Below, piece by piece: positions 10,099 through 18,944 of a DNA stretch of 64,000 nucleotides (positions are counted from its first letter, which is position 1; each line of letters opens with the position of its first letter). Under the pieces are notes generated by a model that worked only from the letters and a program-made list of their open reading frames with translations, had not been told where the DNA came from and did not search any database. The position numbers and the translations under genes were made by a program. This DNA is from Syntrophaceae bacterium UBA2280. GTDB taxonomy: Bacteria; Desulfobacterota; Syntrophia; Syntrophales; Smithellaceae. The stretch is taken from the NCBI GenBank assembly GCA_002347685.1, contig DDWS01000001.1, positions 18,641 to 82,640 of the forward strand. Direction: 5' to 3'.

Positions 10099-10924
10099 TA
10101 TTGACCCCAAAGTGCTTCGCCATCGAGTGGAAAGCATCAACACGCTGCCGACAGTGCCCTCCGTGTTGAAGCGCCTGTCCGCCGTGATTGAAAAACCACG
10201 GATCACCATTGTAGAAATCAGTGCGTTTATCTCCAATGATCCGGCCCTGACCACCAAAGTCCTGAAAATGGTCAATTCCGCAATTTACGGATTCCCCGGA
10301 CGCATTGCCTCCGTTTCTCATGCGACCATGCTTTTGGGACTCAATGTCATCAAGGGCCTGCTGCTCGGCGTGTCCGTTTTTGAGCTGATGCAGAAAACCA
10401 TGAGCGGCCTGTATGAGCATTCGCTGGCCTGCGCGATCGCGTCGCGCGTCATCGCCCAGAAAAAGGGAATGAAGGAACCGGAGGAAGTCTCCGTGGCCGG
10501 ACTGCTCCATGATATCGGCAAGGTCATTCTGACGTTGGAGTTCGCGAAAGAATATGAAGCCGCCATGGGCGAGGCGCAGGAAAAACGGATATCCATCTTT
10601 GAGGCGGAAAAAAATCAGTTTAATGCCACGCACGCGGATGTCGGAAGCTGGCTTGCCGAAAAATGGCGTTTTCCGCGCAACCTGGTCGAAGTCATCGAAT
10701 TCCATCACCGCCCCGCGTTGGCTAAAAACGCGCCGATGGAGGCGGCCATTGTGCACATGGCTGATCTGCTCGCACGGGCAAGGGGTTTCGGTTTTGCCGG
10801 AGAAAACTTTGTCCCCGAAATCAACCCCATGGCCTTTGAGCTGCTCAAGCTGTCCGATCAGGATATCCAAGACGTGCTGCAGGAGATGGAAGACAATATG
10901 GAATCCGCAGAAGACCTCTCCTGA
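10091..10924 (+). CDS. HDOD domain signalling protein
   Basis: LPTVPSVLKRLSAVIEKP...ISNDPALTTKVLKMVNSAIYGFPGRIASVSHATMLLGLN and HDIGK. The ATG at 10091 overlaps the upstream stop by 8 nt. Confidence 0.85.
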   Translation: MSNIDPKVLRHRVESINTLPTVPSVLKRLSAVIEKPRITIVEISAFISNDPALTTKVLKMVNSAIYGFPGRIASVSHATMLLGLNVIKGLLLGVSVFELMQKTMSGLYEHSLACAIASRVIAQKKGMKEPEEVSVAGLLHDIGKVILTLEFAKEYEAAMGEAQEKRISIFEAEKNQFNATHADVGSWLAEKWRFPRNLVEVIEFHHRPALAKNAPMEAAIVHMADLLARARGFGFAGENFVPEINPMAFELLKLSDQDIQDVLQEMEDNMESAEDLS

Positions 10925-10951
10925 CCTTGAAAGAAAGTAACCATTGCCGAT

Positions 10952-11884
10952 ATGAAAACCGTCGTAGTCGTCTGTCAGGATATTGTCCTAAATAACGCAA
11001 TCAACCGCAGCCTGAAAGATATCTATCAGGTGGCCGCTTTCAACAGCATGCCGGCCGCGCTGGACTACATCTACAACGCCATTCCCAACCTGATCGTGAT
11101 GAATATCCCTGACGATGATCGGATGTGCATCAATATTTTAAACGATTTAAAATCCGATCCGATGTTCCACCCTCTGCCGGTTTTAGCCATACTGCCGGAA
11201 GATTTCGAAATTAACGACTGGAAGAATCTCCTGGTGGAGGATTATATCCGCCGGGCCGATTTTGAGACGGATTTCGCCGCCCGCGTCCACCTGTGCGTGC
11301 TGCGTTCCGAACGCAACGTGGAAATCAATCCCCTGACAAGGCTTCCGGGCAATATTTCCATCAACCGTGAAATACAGGAGCGTATCGACGCCAAAAACGA
11401 GTTCGCGTTCGGCTATGCCGATCTTGATTACTTCAAGCCGTTCAATGACCGTTATGGTTTCAGTCGAGGGGATGAGGTCATCAAGATGACCGCAAGGATT
11501 ATCCTGGGTGTGGTCAAAAGCCAGCAGCCGCAGTGCAGCTTTGTCGGTCATATCGGCGGCGATGATTTTGTGTTTATCATCGACATGGCGCTGGTGGAGG
11601 AAGCGGCCCAGGACATCATCAAGGCCTTTGACAGCCTGATCACCGGCATGTATGATCCCGTCGATATAAAACAGGGGTTCATCAAATCATTCGACCGCAA
11701 GGGAAACGCGTCGCAATTCCCGGTCATGAGCATTTCCATCGGTGTCACGGAAACACGCAGCCGCGCTTTCACCCACTACGGGGAAATCACCGAAATTGCA
11801 TCCGAAATGAAAAAGTTCGCCAAAACATTCACCGGAAGTTGCTTCAAAACGGATAAACGGCAAAACGGTTCAGCGGCAAAATAA
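10952..11884 (+). CDS. Receiver-like domain plus GGDEF domain protein (diguanylate cyclase family, GGDDF variant)
   Basis: N-terminal CheY-like fold. C-terminal RLPGN...YADLDYFKPFNDRYGFSRGDEVI...GHIGGDDFVFI. Confidence 0.8.
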   Translation: MKTVVVVCQDIVLNNAINRSLKDIYQVAAFNSMPAALDYIYNAIPNLIVMNIPDDDRMCINILNDLKSDPMFHPLPVLAILPEDFEINDWKNLLVEDYIRRADFETDFAARVHLCVLRSERNVEINPLTRLPGNISINREIQERIDAKNEFAFGYADLDYFKPFNDRYGFSRGDEVIKMTARIILGVVKSQQPQCSFVGHIGGDDFVFIIDMALVEEAAQDIIKAFDSLITGMYDPVDIKQGFIKSFDRKGNASQFPVMSISIGVTETRSRAFTHYGEITEIASEMKKFAKTFTGSCFKTDKRQNGSAAK

Positions 11885-12054
11885 TTCAAAACCCTTAAGC
11901 GAATCCTTGATCAACAAAGCATCTTGACCGGGCTCTTTCTTTCGCTTTATCACCCGCATCAATGGTGACGGCTTTTTCCCCTTGACTTGGATACTTTGGC
12001 AATGCAAAAATGTTTTTATCCAAAAGCAACTATCGGAAAAGAGGAAACGGACGG

Positions 12055-12486
12055 ATGGACGATATGCTCGCAATGGGGAAACAGATTCTGGCCATGCAGC
12101 CCTTCAGCGTTCTTCTCGGCGCGGAGTTGACGGATTTTTCCGAAAAGACAGCCGAGCTGAGGGTGCCCATCCGGAAGGATTTGATGCAGCAGCATGGCTT
12201 CCTGCATGGCGGTGTCGTCAGTTATGCGGCGGATAACGCGTTGACTTACGCAGGCGGCGGCGCGCTGAAATCAGCCGTGCTGACGTCGGAATTCAAGATT
12301 AACTATGTGAGGCCGGCCCTGGGCGAATACATCGTCGCCCGCGCGAAGGTGGTCTATGCGGGAAAAACGCAGGCAGTATGCCGCTGCGACGTCTTTACAA
12401 TCAAAGATGCCGAGGAACGTCTCTGCGCCACAGCCCAGGGGACCATCACAAAAATCGGCAAGTCCGGGATAAACGGCATGGACTGA
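12055..12486 (+). CDS. PaaI-family hotdog-fold thioesterase
   Basis: MQPFSVLLGAEL...HGFLHGGVVSYAADNALTYAGG. ATG at 12055 has GAGGAA 8 nt upstream (track ORF starts at 12010). Confidence 0.8.
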   Translation: MDDMLAMGKQILAMQPFSVLLGAELTDFSEKTAELRVPIRKDLMQQHGFLHGGVVSYAADNALTYAGGGALKSAVLTSEFKINYVRPALGEYIVARAKVVYAGKTQAVCRCDVFTIKDAEERLCATAQGTITKIGKSGINGMD

Positions 12487-12529
12487 TCCCCGGCGGGTAA
12501 AGTTTTGATCCATCTGAAGGAAAATAATA

Positions 12530-13525
12530 ATGGCCGATACGATACAACTCTCGGAGCTGGACGATAGCGTCATGAAGCACGCCGCGGATGACTTTGTGGC
12601 TCTCCGGGCACGAAGCTCCGTCGACGAGGCACTCGCCTGCATCCGATCCTCTCCGACGCAAAGTACGATTCTCTATTTTTATGTCGTGGATGACGATGAC
12701 CGTCTGATCGGCGTTGTCCAGACCCGCCGGCTGCTGACGTCTGCACTGGAAGAAACCGTGGAATCGATTATGACAAAAAGCATCGTTACCATTCCCGACA
12801 ACGCGAATCTGATGGAGGCGATGGAATTTTTTATTCTCTACAAGTTTCTGGCCTTTCCCGTCGTCGATCGCGACCACAGAATCCTGGGCGTGATCGACAT
12901 CAATGTCTTTACCCAGGAAATGCTGGATATGGAAGAGCGCGAACAGGTGCACAGCATTTTCGACACGCTGGGCGTGAGCATCTCCGAGATGAAGGACCGC
13001 TCCCCTTGGAGCGTCTTTCGCAGCCGGTTCCCCTGGCTTCTGGCCACCATCATCAGCGGCACGGTCTGCGCGCTTTTGGTCGGCCTGTTTCAGGCAACGC
13101 TGGCGCAAAGCCTGATTCTGGCTTTTTTTCTGACACTGGTTTTGGGCCTGGGGGAAAGCGTGTCCATGCAGGCCATGGCGATCACCGTTCATCTCATGCA
13201 TCACCAGAGCTCATCGGCCGTCTGGTATCTGTCGACCCTGAAACGCGAGATGCTGCGCGTTTTTCTTCTGGCGATCGCCTGCGCCGGCATCGTCGGCTTG
13301 ATCGCCATTTTGTGGAAAGGGGACCTGCGCGCGGGTGCGGTGATCGCAGGCGGGATTTTCGGATCACTGATGGCGGCATGTTTTCTCGGCGTCAGCGTCC
13401 CGGCGTTTTTTCACCGCCTGCGCCTCGATGTCCGCGTCGCATCCGGTCCTTTAACGCTGGCACTTGCGGATATCTGCACCGTGGTTGTCTATTTTTCACT
13501 GGCCGCGTTCATTCTGGGCCGTTAG
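12530..13525 (+). CDS. CBS-pair plus MgtE-type membrane domain divalent cation transporter (short MgtE-like)
   Basis: CBS-like repeats (VVDDDDRLIGVV, FPVVDRDHRILGVIDI) followed by a five-helix MgtE-type TM domain. Confidence 0.75.
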   Translation: MADTIQLSELDDSVMKHAADDFVALRARSSVDEALACIRSSPTQSTILYFYVVDDDDRLIGVVQTRRLLTSALEETVESIMTKSIVTIPDNANLMEAMEFFILYKFLAFPVVDRDHRILGVIDINVFTQEMLDMEEREQVHSIFDTLGVSISEMKDRSPWSVFRSRFPWLLATIISGTVCALLVGLFQATLAQSLILAFFLTLVLGLGESVSMQAMAITVHLMHHQSSSAVWYLSTLKREMLRVFLLAIACAGIVGLIAILWKGDLRAGAVIAGGIFGSLMAACFLGVSVPAFFHRLRLDVRVASGPLTLALADICTVVVYFSLAAFILGR

Positions 13526-13537
13526 CCGAAAGATACG

Positions 13538-13572
13538 TAAAAAAAGGCCGATGCGTTGCATCGGCTTTTTCT
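13538..13572. terminator. Bidirectional rho-independent terminator between the convergent mgtE-like gene and ilvD
   Basis: A-run, GCCGATGC-GTT-GCATCGGC perfect 8-bp stem (13547-13565), then T-run. Confidence 0.8.
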
Positions 13573-13578
13573 TTCTCA

Positions 13579-15240
13579 TCAGTCTTTGAACACAGCGCCG
13601 GTGGAAGCCGACGTCACCATTTTTGCGTAGCGCGCCAGGTAGCCGCTGGTAATGGCAGGCTTTCGCGGCTTGAGGGATTTGCGGCGCAAGTCGAGCTCCG
13701 CGTTGCTGATTTTCAGGTTCAGCGTCTTTTTCGGAATATCAATGGCAATCATGTCGCCTTCTTTGACCAGCGCGATGGGTCCGCCCTCAGCCGCTTCCGG
13801 CGAAATATGCCCGATGGCCGCACCCTGCGTGCCGCCGCTGAAACGTCCGTCAGTCAGAAGCGCGACGGATTTATCCAACCCCATGCCGACAATGGCCGAG
13901 GTGGGCGAGAGCATCTCACGCATGCCCGGACCTCCCTTGGGGCCTTCGTAGCGGATCACCACAATATCCCCGCCTTTGATTTTGCCGCCCAGAATTGCGG
14001 CGATGGCGTCGTCTTCGCGGTCAAACACCCTGGCCTTGCCCTCGTTGACCTGCATGGCCGGGGCGACCGCCGACTGCTTGACCACCGCCCCGTCCGGCGC
14101 GAGATTGCCGCGTAAAACGGCAATGCCGCCCTGCTTCGAGTAGGGATTGGTCAGCGGCCGGATGACATCGTCATTCAACACGCGGGCCGTCTTTAAATTG
14201 GCCCCCACGGTTTTCCCCGATACGGTCATGGCCTTTTCATCGATCACACCCAGTTTGCTGATCACTTTCATCACCGCCTGAATGCCGCCTGCGGCATCGA
14301 GGTCTTCGATATGGTGGTGCCCTGCGGGACTGAGCTTGCAGATATTGGCGGTCTGCCCGCTGATTTTATTGAACAGCTCAAGGTCGAGTTTGATGCCGGC
14401 TTCATGAGCAATGGCCGGAATGTGCAAAACGGTATTGGTGGAACAGCCCAGCGCCATGTCCACGGCAATGGCGTTTTTAAAAGCGGCAAGCGTTGCGATG
14501 TCCCGGGGCTTCACGTTCTTTTTGAGCAGATCCATGATTTTCATGCCTGCGTGTTTGGCCAGACGATGACGGGCCGCAAGCACCGCCGGAATGGTGCCAT
14601 GCCCGGGCAGCCCCAGGCCGAGGGCTTCGGTGACGCAGTTCATGGAGTTGGCCGTGAACATGCCGGAACACGAGCCGCAGCCGGGGCAGGCGCAGTCTTC
14701 GAGTTCCTTCAATCCCGCGGCGCTCATCTTTTTGGCCTTCACCGCACCAACGCCTTCAAATACCGAAATGAGGTCAACCGGCCTGTCTTTAATTTTTCCG
14801 GCCAGCATCGGGCCGCCGCTGATGAAAATGGACGGAATGTTGATTCTGAGCGCCGCCATCAGCATGCCGGGAACAATCTTGTCGCAATTGGTCACAAAAA
14901 CCAGCGCATCAAACGGATGCGCCGTCGCCATGATTTCGATCGAATCCGCAATCAACTCGCGGCTGGCGAGCGAATATTTCATACCCGCATGCCCCATCGC
15001 GATGCCGTCACACACACCGATGACCGGAAATTCCACAGGCGTTCCTCCGGCCATGCGGATGCCCGCTTTCACATCCTGTGCAATCAGATCCAGATGGATA
15101 TGCCCGGGGATAATTTCATTGGCGGAATTCACAACACCGATCAGCGGACGCGCAATTTCTTCATCCGTATAGCCCATCGCCTTGAAGAGCGAGCGGTGCG
15201 GCGCGCGCTCTAAGCCTTTTTTCATGAGATCACTTCTCAT
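13579..15240 (-). CDS. ilvD: Dihydroxy-acid dehydratase
   Basis: 553 aa with a full-length IlvD/Edd pattern ([36 protein letters not shown]). Confidence 0.95.
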   Translation of the reverse strand: MRSDLMKKGLERAPHRSLFKAMGYTDEEIARPLIGVVNSANEIIPGHIHLDLIAQDVKAGIRMAGGTPVEFPVIGVCDGIAMGHAGMKYSLASRELIADSIEIMATAHPFDALVFVTNCDKIVPGMLMAALRINIPSIFISGGPMLAGKIKDRPVDLISVFEGVGAVKAKKMSAAGLKELEDCACPGCGSCSGMFTANSMNCVTEALGLGLPGHGTIPAVLAARHRLAKHAGMKIMDLLKKNVKPRDIATLAAFKNAIAVDMALGCSTNTVLHIPAIAHEAGIKLDLELFNKISGQTANICKLSPAGHHHIEDLDAAGGIQAVMKVISKLGVIDEKAMTVSGKTVGANLKTARVLNDDVIRPLTNPYSKQGGIAVLRGNLAPDGAVVKQSAVAPAMQVNEGKARVFDREDDAIAAILGGKIKGGDIVVIRYEGPKGGPGMREMLSPTSAIVGMGLDKSVALLTDGRFSGGTQGAAIGHISPEAAEGGPIALVKEGDMIAIDIPKKTLNLKISNAELDLRRKSLKPRKPAITSGYLARYAKMVTSASTGAVFKD

Positions 15241-15294
15241 TGTTTTTCTCCCTATGCGCGGGGGAACGGTCTAAACCGTTCCCCGCGACGTGCG

Positions 15295-16347
15295 CTATTT
15301 CTTTCTTTCCGGCCTCAAGGCCCGAACCGCCATGCCCGCCTGCCACAATTCGGATTCACGCATTTCCTTGAGTTCCTCGTTGAGCTTTTCCTTGTAGTCC
15401 GGCGCGCTGTTGACACGAAGCACCACTTCGGTCTCCTTGCCGGTGGCAACGGAATTATACAGTTCGGCAAATACCGGCTCCACCGCCTTGCGGAATTTAT
15501 GACGCCAGTCGAGCGCGCCGCGCTGCGCGGTGGCGGAACAGTTGGCGTACATCCAGTCCATCCCGTTTTCGCCCACCAGACGGATCAGGCTCTGGGTCAG
15601 CTCTTCCACGGTCTCATTGAACGCTTCGCTGGGGGTGTGGCCGTGACGGCGGAGCTCCGCGTACTGCGCCTCCATCATGCCGGCCAGCGCTCCCATCAGC
15701 ACGCCGCGTTCGCCCGTCAGATCGCTGTAGACTTCCATCTGGAACGTCGTCGGGAAAAGGAAGCCCGAACCGATGGCGATGCCCAAAGCCAGGGTGCGCT
15801 CCATCGCGCGTCCCGTTGCGTCCTGGTGCACGGCGAAACTGGAGTTGATCCCGCTGCCGTCAACGAAATTACGCCGCACGCTGGTCCCGGAACCCTTGGG
15901 TGCAACCAGGATCACATCGACAAAGTCCGGCGGAATGACGCCGGTCTGATCTTTATAAACAATGGAAAACCCGTGAGAAAAATACAGCGCATCGCCTTTT
16001 TTCAGATGCGGTTTGACTTTCGGCCACAGGATCATCTGCGCCGCATCGGAGACCAGATACTGAATGATGGTGGCTTTCTCAACGGCTTCCTCAATCGGGA
16101 AAAGCGTTTCACCGGGCACCCAGCCGTCGGCAATCGCCTTATCCCAGTAGGACTTGTCTTCCGGAGACTGCCCGATGATGACACTGACACCATTGTCTTT
16201 CATATTAAACGCCTGCGCGGGCCCCTGGACGCCGTAGCCCAGCACTGCAATCACTTCCTTTTTCAAGACCTCCTGCGCCTTTTTAACCGGAAACTCCTCC
16301 GCGGTCACGACATCTTCCACCACACCGCCAAAATTAATTTTCGCCAT
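15295..16347 (-). CDS. ilvC: Ketol-acid reductoisomerase
   Basis: N-terminal Rossmann motif GYGVQGPAQAFNMKDNG. Class I KARI length. Confidence 0.95.
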   Translation of the reverse strand: MAKINFGGVVEDVVTAEEFPVKKAQEVLKKEVIAVLGYGVQGPAQAFNMKDNGVSVIIGQSPEDKSYWDKAIADGWVPGETLFPIEEAVEKATIIQYLVSDAAQMILWPKVKPHLKKGDALYFSHGFSIVYKDQTGVIPPDFVDVILVAPKGSGTSVRRNFVDGSGINSSFAVHQDATGRAMERTLALGIAIGSGFLFPTTFQMEVYSDLTGERGVLMGALAGMMEAQYAELRRHGHTPSEAFNETVEELTQSLIRLVGENGMDWMYANCSATAQRGALDWRHKFRKAVEPVFAELYNSVATGKETEVVLRVNSAPDYKEKLNEELKEMRESELWQAGMAVRALRPERKK

Positions 16348-16401
16348 AAAACCCCCTGTTCTTCCTAATGAAATAAGTTATTGTTTGGTCATGCCCATTA
16401 A

Positions 16402-16887
16402 TTAATCATCCAATTTCAGCGCGACCAGTCCGGTTCGCGTGATATCGGTCATACCCAGCGGCTCGAGTCGCGCCAAAGCGAAATCAATTTGAGTCTGATC
16501 CCCCGTAATCTCAATGATGACATACGTATCGCCGGACACTATGATTTTCCATTTGTTTGTGTCAATCGCTATTTTTACCGCTTCCGTATTCTGCGCGTTC
16601 AGATTCAGCCGGACGAGCACCATCTCCCGATGAATGGATTCGACATTGGTCAAGTCATCCACCGAGATCACATCAACGAGCCTCTGGAGCTGATTTTCTA
16701 TTCTCGTAATGGTCGCCTGCGCGCCGGCGGTGGTCATGACGATCTTCGAGATGTCCTTTTGCGTGGTGGTATTCACGCAAAGACTGTCGATGTTGTAGCC
16801 CTTTCCGCCAAGCGTTCCGGCGATCCTGGCGAGCACGTCGGGCTTGTTATAGACCAGAATTGAAATAATATGATTTTTTCTTTCCAT
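16402..16887 (-). CDS. ilvN: Acetolactate synthase small (regulatory) subunit
   Basis: ACT domain ISILVYNKPDVLARIAGTLGGKGYNIDSL. ATG at 16887 has better SD spacing than the track start at 16902. Confidence 0.9.
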   Translation of the reverse strand: MERKNHIISILVYNKPDVLARIAGTLGGKGYNIDSLCVNTTTQKDISKIVMTTAGAQATITRIENQLQRLVDVISVDDLTNVESIHREMVLVRLNLNAQNTEAVKIAIDTNKWKIIVSGDTYVIIEITGDQTQIDFALARLEPLGMTDITRTGLVALKLDD

Positions 16888-16912
16888 GCTGTTTAACCTC
16901 ATCCCCTTATCT

Positions 16913-18616
16913 TTAATTGATCATTTCCCTTGACCCCAGCGTCATCTGACTGATCGATTCTCCCGGACGCACCATGGGATAGACGCATTCCTCGCGCGCT
17001 ACGCGGAAATCCATCAGCACCGGGCGGTTGACGGCCAACCCCTGCTTTAACACCGCTTCCACTTCATCGGGTTTTGTCGCGCGCAGTCCGACCACGCCGA
17101 AAGCCTCCGCGAGTTTCACGAAATCCGGCGCGTACGTCATGTCGGTATGAGAATACCGCTTTTCGTAGAACAATTCCTGCCACTGACGCACCATTCCCAA
17201 AAAACCGTTGTTGAGCAGAACCACTTTCACGGCAATGTTATACTGAGCGGCGGTAGCCAGCTCCTGGATATTCATCTGAATGCTGCCGTCGCCCGCAATG
17301 TCCACCACGTGCTTGTCGGGAAAAGCGCATTTGACGCCGATGGCCGCAGGCAGACCGAAACCCATGGTTCCCAGACCGCCGGATGAAATAAAGGAATTGG
17401 GACGGTCAAATCCGAAAAACTGCGCCGTCCACATCTGGTTCTGGCCGACTTCCGTCGTGATCAGGGCATCACCTTCGGTGAGCCTGTGCAGCGTTTCGAT
17501 CACATATTGCGGCTTGATGACTTCGCTGCTTGGGCAGTAAGTCAGGGGAACTTTTTCACGCCAGTCGGCAATTTCGGAAAGCCAAACGCCGCGCGAGGCC
17601 TGATCGGGCGCGTAGTGATGTTCTTCCAGGTAATGCAGGATATCCCTGAGCGTGGCTTTCGTGTCTCCGATAATCGGCAGATCGACAGTGACATTCTTAT
17701 TGATGGACGAAGGATCGATGTCAATATGGACAATCTTCGCATTGGGTGCAAAGGTTTCAATGGTACCGGTCACGCGGTCGTCAAAACGCACACCCACGGC
17801 CAGCATAAAATCGCAGTGACTGACCGCCATATTCGCGTAATAGGTACCGTGCATGCCGAGCATGCCGAGCCACAGCGGATCACTGGCGGGAAACGATCCC
17901 AGCCCCATGAGCGTGCCGGTCACGGGCATCTGGTATTGCCGGGCCAGGCGGGTCAATTCATCGGCCGCTTTGCCGAGGATGACACCGCCACCGGTCATGA
18001 TCATGGGTCTTTTGGCCGCATTGAGCATGTCGAGGACATTGGCCATTTTCTTGGGCGCCGGCTTGTACGCCACTTCGTGATTGCGGGATTTCACGCAGGC
18101 CGGATCGTAATCCGTTTCCATGGCCATCACGTTTTTGGGAAGGTCCACCAGCACCGGCCCCGGCCTGCCGGACCGCGCAATATGAAACGCCTCCTTGATC
18201 GTTGAGGCAAGGTCTTCAATGTCGCGAACCAGAAAATTATGCTTGGTGCAGGGGCGCGTGATGCCGGTGATGTCGCATTCCTGAAACGCGTCATTACCGA
18301 TCAGGCCGGTGGGCACCTGCCCGGTAAAAACCACCAGCGGAATCGAATCCATGTTGGCCGTGGCAATGCCGGTGACGGTATTGGTGGCGCCGGGACCGGA
18401 TGTCACCAGGCAGACGCCGACCCTCCCGGTCGCCCGGGCGTATCCGTCGGCGGCATGGACCGCGCCTTGTTCATGACGGACTAAGATATGATGAAAATTG
18501 CTTTTGAAGAACTGATCGTAGATATCCAGAACGGTTCCCCCCGGATACCCGAAGATAATATCCACTTTTTCTTCTTTGAGCGCTTCGAGAAATATTTGTG
18601 TGCCTTTTAGCTTCAT
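16913..18616 (-). CDS. ilvB: Acetolactate synthase large subunit
   Basis: 567 aa with TPP-binding motif GDGSIQMNIQELATAAQYNIAVKVVLLNNG. GGAGGG SD upstream. Confidence 0.95.
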   Translation of the reverse strand: MKLKGTQIFLEALKEEKVDIIFGYPGGTVLDIYDQFFKSNFHHILVRHEQGAVHAADGYARATGRVGVCLVTSGPGATNTVTGIATANMDSIPLVVFTGQVPTGLIGNDAFQECDITGITRPCTKHNFLVRDIEDLASTIKEAFHIARSGRPGPVLVDLPKNVMAMETDYDPACVKSRNHEVAYKPAPKKMANVLDMLNAAKRPMIMTGGGVILGKAADELTRLARQYQMPVTGTLMGLGSFPASDPLWLGMLGMHGTYYANMAVSHCDFMLAVGVRFDDRVTGTIETFAPNAKIVHIDIDPSSINKNVTVDLPIIGDTKATLRDILHYLEEHHYAPDQASRGVWLSEIADWREKVPLTYCPSSEVIKPQYVIETLHRLTEGDALITTEVGQNQMWTAQFFGFDRPNSFISSGGLGTMGFGLPAAIGVKCAFPDKHVVDIAGDGSIQMNIQELATAAQYNIAVKVVLLNNGFLGMVRQWQELFYEKRYSHTDMTYAPDFVKLAEAFGVVGLRATKPDEVEAVLKQGLAVNRPVLMDFRVAREECVYPMVRPGESISQMTLGSREMIN

Positions 18617-18666
18617 AGACTGTTGATCCCTCCGTCGGATGATCTGCGTTCATCTGGGTTAAAACT

Positions 18667-18702
18667 AAAAAAGCCGCCAGTTTCTTTTGGGAAAAAGCGG
18701 CT
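18667..18702 (-). terminator. Second, weaker hairpin plus U-run in the ilvB leader
   Basis: Minus strand AGCCGC...GCGGCT stem followed by UUUUUU. Lies between the main attenuator and the ilvB SD. Confidence 0.35.
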
Positions 18703-18712
18703 TTGCTTCCAC

Positions 18713-18746
18713 AAAACAAAGCCGCGGGCTTTTCGGGGCCCGCGGC
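18713..18746 (-). terminator. ilv attenuator terminator
   Basis: Minus strand GCCGCGGGC-CCCGAAAA-GCCCGCGGC (9-bp GC stem) followed by UUUGUUUU. Starts 15 nt after the leader peptide stop. Confidence 0.8.
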
Positions 18747-18761
18747 TGATATCTCTAACTC

Positions 18762-18872
18762 TTAAAGATACCGGGCGGCAGACCCCATGCGTACGACTAC
18801 TACGACGAGTAATCTAACGATGGCCGGTATCCCGATGCTGCCGCTGTCAAAATCTTTAAGAAACATCTTCAT
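18762..18872 (-). CDS. ilv leader peptide (36 aa) rich in branched-chain codons
   Basis: Not in the track (under 60 aa). ATG at 18872 reads MKMFLKDFDSGSIGIPAIVRLLVVVVVRMGSAARYL*, with a run I-V-R-L-L-V-V-V-V-V just upstream of the attenuator hairpin. Confidence 0.75.
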   Translation of the reverse strand: MKMFLKDFDSGSIGIPAIVRLLVVVVVRMGSAARYL

Positions 18873-18893
18873 TTCCTGAATGAATTTGAACTT

Positions 18894-18922
18894 CTTTTAG
18901 CGAAAAAAATATAACTTGTCAA
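18894..18922 (-). promoter_or_regulatory. Sigma70-type promoter of the ilv leader/ilvBNCD operon
   Basis: Minus strand TTGACA (18922-18917), 17-nt spacer, TAAAAG (18899-18894). Confidence 0.55.
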
Positions 18923-18944
18923 GTGTCTTTTACGGCCGCATTGC

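Noticed and set aside
13006-14115. 369-aa plus-strand ORF overlapping the mgtE-like 3' end and ilvD
   Set aside because: It is Arg/Gly/Pro-rich and low-complexity, and it runs antisense to the strongly supported ilvD. This is the typical spurious antisense ORF of GC-rich DNA. The same applies to 14311..15213, 14591..15172, 15499..16368 and 17486..18205.
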